Positions 60,241 through 64,000 of a DNA stretch of 64,000 nt are shown here, piece after piece. Source of the DNA: an uncultured delta proteobacterium (lineage in GTDB: Bacteria > Desulfobacterota > Binatia > UBA9968). The stretch's first letter is position 1, and each line of letters opens with the position of its first letter. A program made the position numbers and the translations under genes. The stretch covers positions 64,001 to 128,000 of the forward strand of contig CAVWLW010000033.1 of NCBI GenBank assembly GCA_963755715.1, given 5' to 3'. The notes under the pieces are model-generated. The model saw only the letters and a list, made by a program, of their open reading frames with translations. It was not told where the DNA came from and searched no databases.

Positions 60241-63200
60241 TCACGCGCCCGGCGTTTGAGTTTTTTCCTGTGCCATCGCTTTGATTTTTTTTAAGTCGAC
60301 TTTTCCAGTGCCAAGTAAGGGAAGCGCATCGATGGCGTAGAGATTTTCCCGTTTGGGAATCCAAAGCTTGGGTAGCTCGGACTGGTTCAGTTTGTTCCAA
60401 AGATCCTCTTTGCTGACGCCGTTCTGAGCGTAGAACGCGATGAGTCTCTCGCCCCGTTGCTCGTCGGGAAGGGCGGTGACGGCGGAGGCGATGCCGCCCA
60501 AGACCTCGTTGATGACCTCTTCGACTTTCATGTGCGGCACCATTTCGCCGCCGATCTTGCTAAAGCGCGAAAGCCGGTCGGTGATGCGAATGAAACCGTC
60601 TTCGTCGATGGCAGCAACATCGCCGGTGATATACCAGCCGTGGCGCATCACTTGTTCCGTGAGGTTGGGCTGGTTTAGATAGCCGAGCATCACGTTCGGG
60701 CCTTTGATGAGCAACAGCCCTTCTTGGCCGGGGCCGAGAGATTGCTCGGTCTCCGGATCGATGATCTTCGCGGCGACGCCGGGGATTGGGTGGCCGACCG
60801 TGCCGGGTTTGTGGCTGATCTGACTTTCTTTGCCGTCGACGACATCCGGCGTATTTACGGCGACCACCGGCGCGAGCTCGGTGCAGCCGTAGCCTTCCAG
60901 GATAGTGGATCCGAATCTTTCTTGATACGCGTTGGCAATTTGCCCGCGCAGCTTTTCCGCGCCGGCGATTAAATATCGCAGCGATGCGAATTGCTCTCTC
61001 GTGCAACGTCTTAAATAGCCGGCGTAAAAAGTCGGCGTGCTGATGAGCAATGTAACTTGATATTTCTGTACGGTTTCACCGATCGTTTTAGCGTCGGTGG
61101 GATTGGGATGATAGACGACGCCGAATCCGGCAAGCAGCGGCAGCCAAAGTGTGCCGGTAAAACCGAAGGAATGAAACAATGGCAATACGCCCATGATGCG
61201 ATCGCTAGCGGTGAACTGGATCACTTGGCCGATGCCTTCGACATTGGCCGCAATGTTGCGGTGCGAGAGCATGACGCCTTTGGGCGCGCCGGTGCTGCCG
61301 CTGGAAAAAATCACGGTGGCGAGATCGTCGGGCTTCTGGGCTTTGACGTAGCGACGGGTCAGCAAAAATGGGGGCAAGAGGAAAGCTTTCATCGTCGCGC
61401 CGATTTTTTTGATCGGCGTAAAAGTTTTGCGAATCTCTTCGAGAAAAACCATGCCCGCCATTTCTTTCACGCCGGCTTTGGCGAGGAAGACCCGGGAAGT
61501 GATGATGGTTTTGATGGCGCACTGCTCAACCGATGCGTCCATCGCTTCGCTGCCGGCGGTAAAATTCAAGTTGACCGGAATTTTTCCGGCGAGGAGAAGT
61601 GCGATGTTGGTCAGCGCCCCGCCGACGGACGCCGGCAGAATCACTCCCACCATCGACTCTGCAACACAATGTTTTCGCGCCCAGTTCGAGAGCAGCAGGC
61701 TGCCGATCAAGCTCTTACCGTAACTCAATTCGGTGCCGGTCGTGTCGGCCATGCAGAAAGAGAACCAGCGCCGTTTCGCCATCCGAATAAAACTGGCGTG
61801 AAGAAGGGCGGCGCTGCTTTCGCGGCGGCCAAGCGCGTTGCTTTCGAGCTCAAGGACGGCATTGCGCACTTCCTGCACGGTTGCATCGGAGCGAAGCGGC
61901 GAGCCAAAAGAGACGGTCACAGGATAGGAAAAATTTTTCGGCTGTTTCCAGAAAAATCGCCCGCTCTTGAAGCTGAAGATGCTGCCCCAAAGCTGATCGA
62001 GGTGAACCGGCACGATGGGAATATTCGTGCCTTCGACGATTTTTTCGAAGCCGCGTTTAAACGGCAGCAAGTGACCGACGCGGCTGATCGCGCCTTCGGC
62101 GAAGATGCAGACGATATGGCCCTTGTCCAGCTCGTTGCGCGCATGTTTGAGCGACTGAACGATATCGCGTCGGTTGGTTGCCGACACCGGGATCGAGTGC
62201 ATGAGGCGGAAAAACCAGTGCAAAGATTTGAGGTCGTAATAATCGCGATGCAACATGAAGCGCACGAAACGAGCCGTTGCGCCGCCGATCATGAGGGCGT
62301 CGACGAAGGAAACGTGATTCGACACGAGCAACGCGGGACCCCGCGCCGGCAGATTCTCGGCGCCGATGACCGTGATTCGATAAATCGTGTGCGTGACCAG
62401 CCAAAGAATGAACCGGACAAAATAGTCGGGGAGCAGGTAAAGAATCACCGCCGTGCCGGCCAAAGTGACCAGCCCAGTCAGCAAAATGATCGAATCCGGT
62501 GAAAAGTGCAGCGGCGTCTTCAAAATCCAGTGAATTGCCGCGGCGAGAAAGATGCCGATCGTGTTCATGAAATTGTTGGTCGCGATCAGTTGGCCTTTTT
62601 CCTCCTTGCCGCTGCGCTGCTGGAGTAATGCGTTCAGCGGCACGGCGAACAGGCCGGCGGAAAATCCAAGCAGGACCAGCGACATGCCCGTGAGAAGATA
62701 GGACGGCGCGGAGAGCGCGACCAAACCCAGACCAACGCCCATCGCAACGGAGCCCAGGGGCACCAAGCCGAGTTCGATATGGTCGCCCGAAAGGCGGCCC
62801 GCAGCGAGGCTTCCCGCGCCAATGCCGACCGCCAAAAACGTCCCAAGCAGCCCGATGTGAAACTCGTCCAGTTGCAAAAGTTCTTTGCCAAAAAAAGTAG
62901 ATTGATCTGCACGAGCGCGCCGAGAAACCAAAAAAAGGAAATCCCGATCACCGTCAGCCAAAGCGGGCGCTCGGCGCGTAAACGACGCAGGCCGTCGACG
63001 ACCTCACCGAAAGGATTGAGTCGTATCAGCTTGGCGGCGCCGGATGCGGGAACTCGAGTGATGCGCAAACTTGTCAGGCTGCCCACGACGGCGACGGCGA
63101 TCATCATGATCCCGATTACCGGTAAGTTGTGTTTCCACAGCGCAAAGATCGCGCCGCCCACGGAGGTGCCGAGAATGATCGCCATAAAGGTGCTCATCTC

Positions 63201-63641
63201 GAGCAGGCCATTGCCGCGGGACAACTCTTTTTCAGGAAGCATCTCCGGCAAAATGCCGTACTTGGCCGGACTAAAGAAGGTGGCATGGAGTCCCATGAGA
63301 AAGACGCCGGCAAGCATGGCCTGAATATGGCCGGTGAAAAATGCTCCCAGGGCCAAAACCATGATAATGATCTCGAACATTTTGACCGCCACTAAGATGG
63401 TGCGTTTGCTGTACACGTCGGCCAGATGACCCGCATAACCGGAAAAAAGCGCCGATGGCAAAATGAACAGAAAAGCGATCAGCTCGACGTAGTTATCGGC
63501 GCCGTTTGTGGCCAAATCCAGGGCGATAAACGACACCACGATTTTTAAAAAATTGTCGTTGAACGCGCCGAGGAATTGCGTGCAGAAAAAAGCAAAAAAC
63601 CCCGGCTGCCTGAGCGTATCGCTATACTTACCGTTAGCCAT
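60241..63641 (-). CDS. aas: Aas-type acyl-ACP:phospholipid acyltransferase/acyl-ACP synthetase with N-terminal LplT-like MFS domain (frameshift near 62890)
   Basis: TQFLGAFNDN and FSPAKYGILPE (MFS), SNHVSFVD and FAEG (PlsC), FSSGSTGAPKG, EGYGCTE, WYITGD, SKIGGEMV (AMP-binding); the break is at a T7 run. Confidence 0.9.
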
Positions 63642-63839
63642 ATCGACCCAGCTTACTAGCGTCCAATTTCTTCGGCAAGTTCAAAGCTCATCAGAAATTT
63701 GTGCTCCCTTCACTGCGAGCGGCCGTCCTCGCACAGCCGACGGATTCGAAAGTAATTTTACTAGACAGGCTCGCCCCGGCAAATCATGGATTCGCCCAAA
63801 CTGTTGCAGCGATTCAAGGAACCGCCCATAATCGATTAC

Positions 63840-64000
63840 ATGGAAATGGTTCAATTAAAAGTTCCTCAGTGGGAGAAGCACGTCGGTTTGTTGCATGGCT
63901 TCATGGGCCGGCAAGGCGGTAAAAGTGTCGGGCCTTATTCCGGGCTGAATGTTTCTTACCGAGTCGGCGACGATGCCAAGGTCGTCAGCCAAAATGTTTG
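63840..64000 (+). CDS. pgeF: PgeF/YfiH family protein (partial, runs off the window)
   Basis: MEMVQLKVPQW...HGFMGRQGGKSVGPYSGLNVSYRVGDD..VSQN. Confidence 0.75.
   Translation, partial: MEMVQLKVPQWEKHVGLLHGFMGRQGGKSVGPYSGLNVSYRVGDDAKVVSQNV

Noticed and set aside
60197-60400. N-terminal 68-aa extension of the HDO-enolase ORF
   Set aside because: It overlaps the aas 3' end in another frame; MISVER at 60196 is the more plausible start.
61057-62502. 481-aa plus-strand ORF, and similar long antisense ORFs at 1747-2607, 5703-6524 and 44747-45703
   Set aside because: Antisense shadows of well-supported genes in GC-rich DNA, with no motifs.

Overview
A 64-kb GC-rich (roughly 55-60% by eye) bacterial chromosomal segment. 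The expanded NMT1/THI5-type substrate-binding proteins, amidohydrolases, cupins, sigma54 promoters and short REP-like palindromes suggest Ca. Binatia/Binatota (formerly Deltaproteobacteria); this is an inference. About a dozen otherwise intact genes are split by single-base frameshifts, several in homopolymer runs, which most likely reflects long-read error rather than gene decay. The left half is accessory and regulatory: a sigma54-driven PLD/AI-2E operon, a CheB-CheR-PAS hybrid kinase, small membrane proteins, a lone IS200-family tnpA, a HigBA-type toxin-antitoxin pair plus two orphan antitoxin-like genes, transporters and hydrolases. The right half is more core: trpL attenuator-trpE-trpG followed by a free-standing archaeal-type ThrRS editing domain, IclR, an Fe-S oxidoreductase, an archaeal-type GAPDH-like gene, tldD-pmbA, a molybdo-hydroxylase large subunit and pgeF. 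The best candidate for an undescribed system is the co-oriented minus-strand run at 54.6-63.6 kb: aas, a heme-oxygenase-like di-iron oxidase (HDO) fused to an enolase-superfamily domain, a GH3 acyl-adenylate ligase, a small membrane protein, bioB and DUF3617. I found no CRISPR array, tRNA or rRNA.
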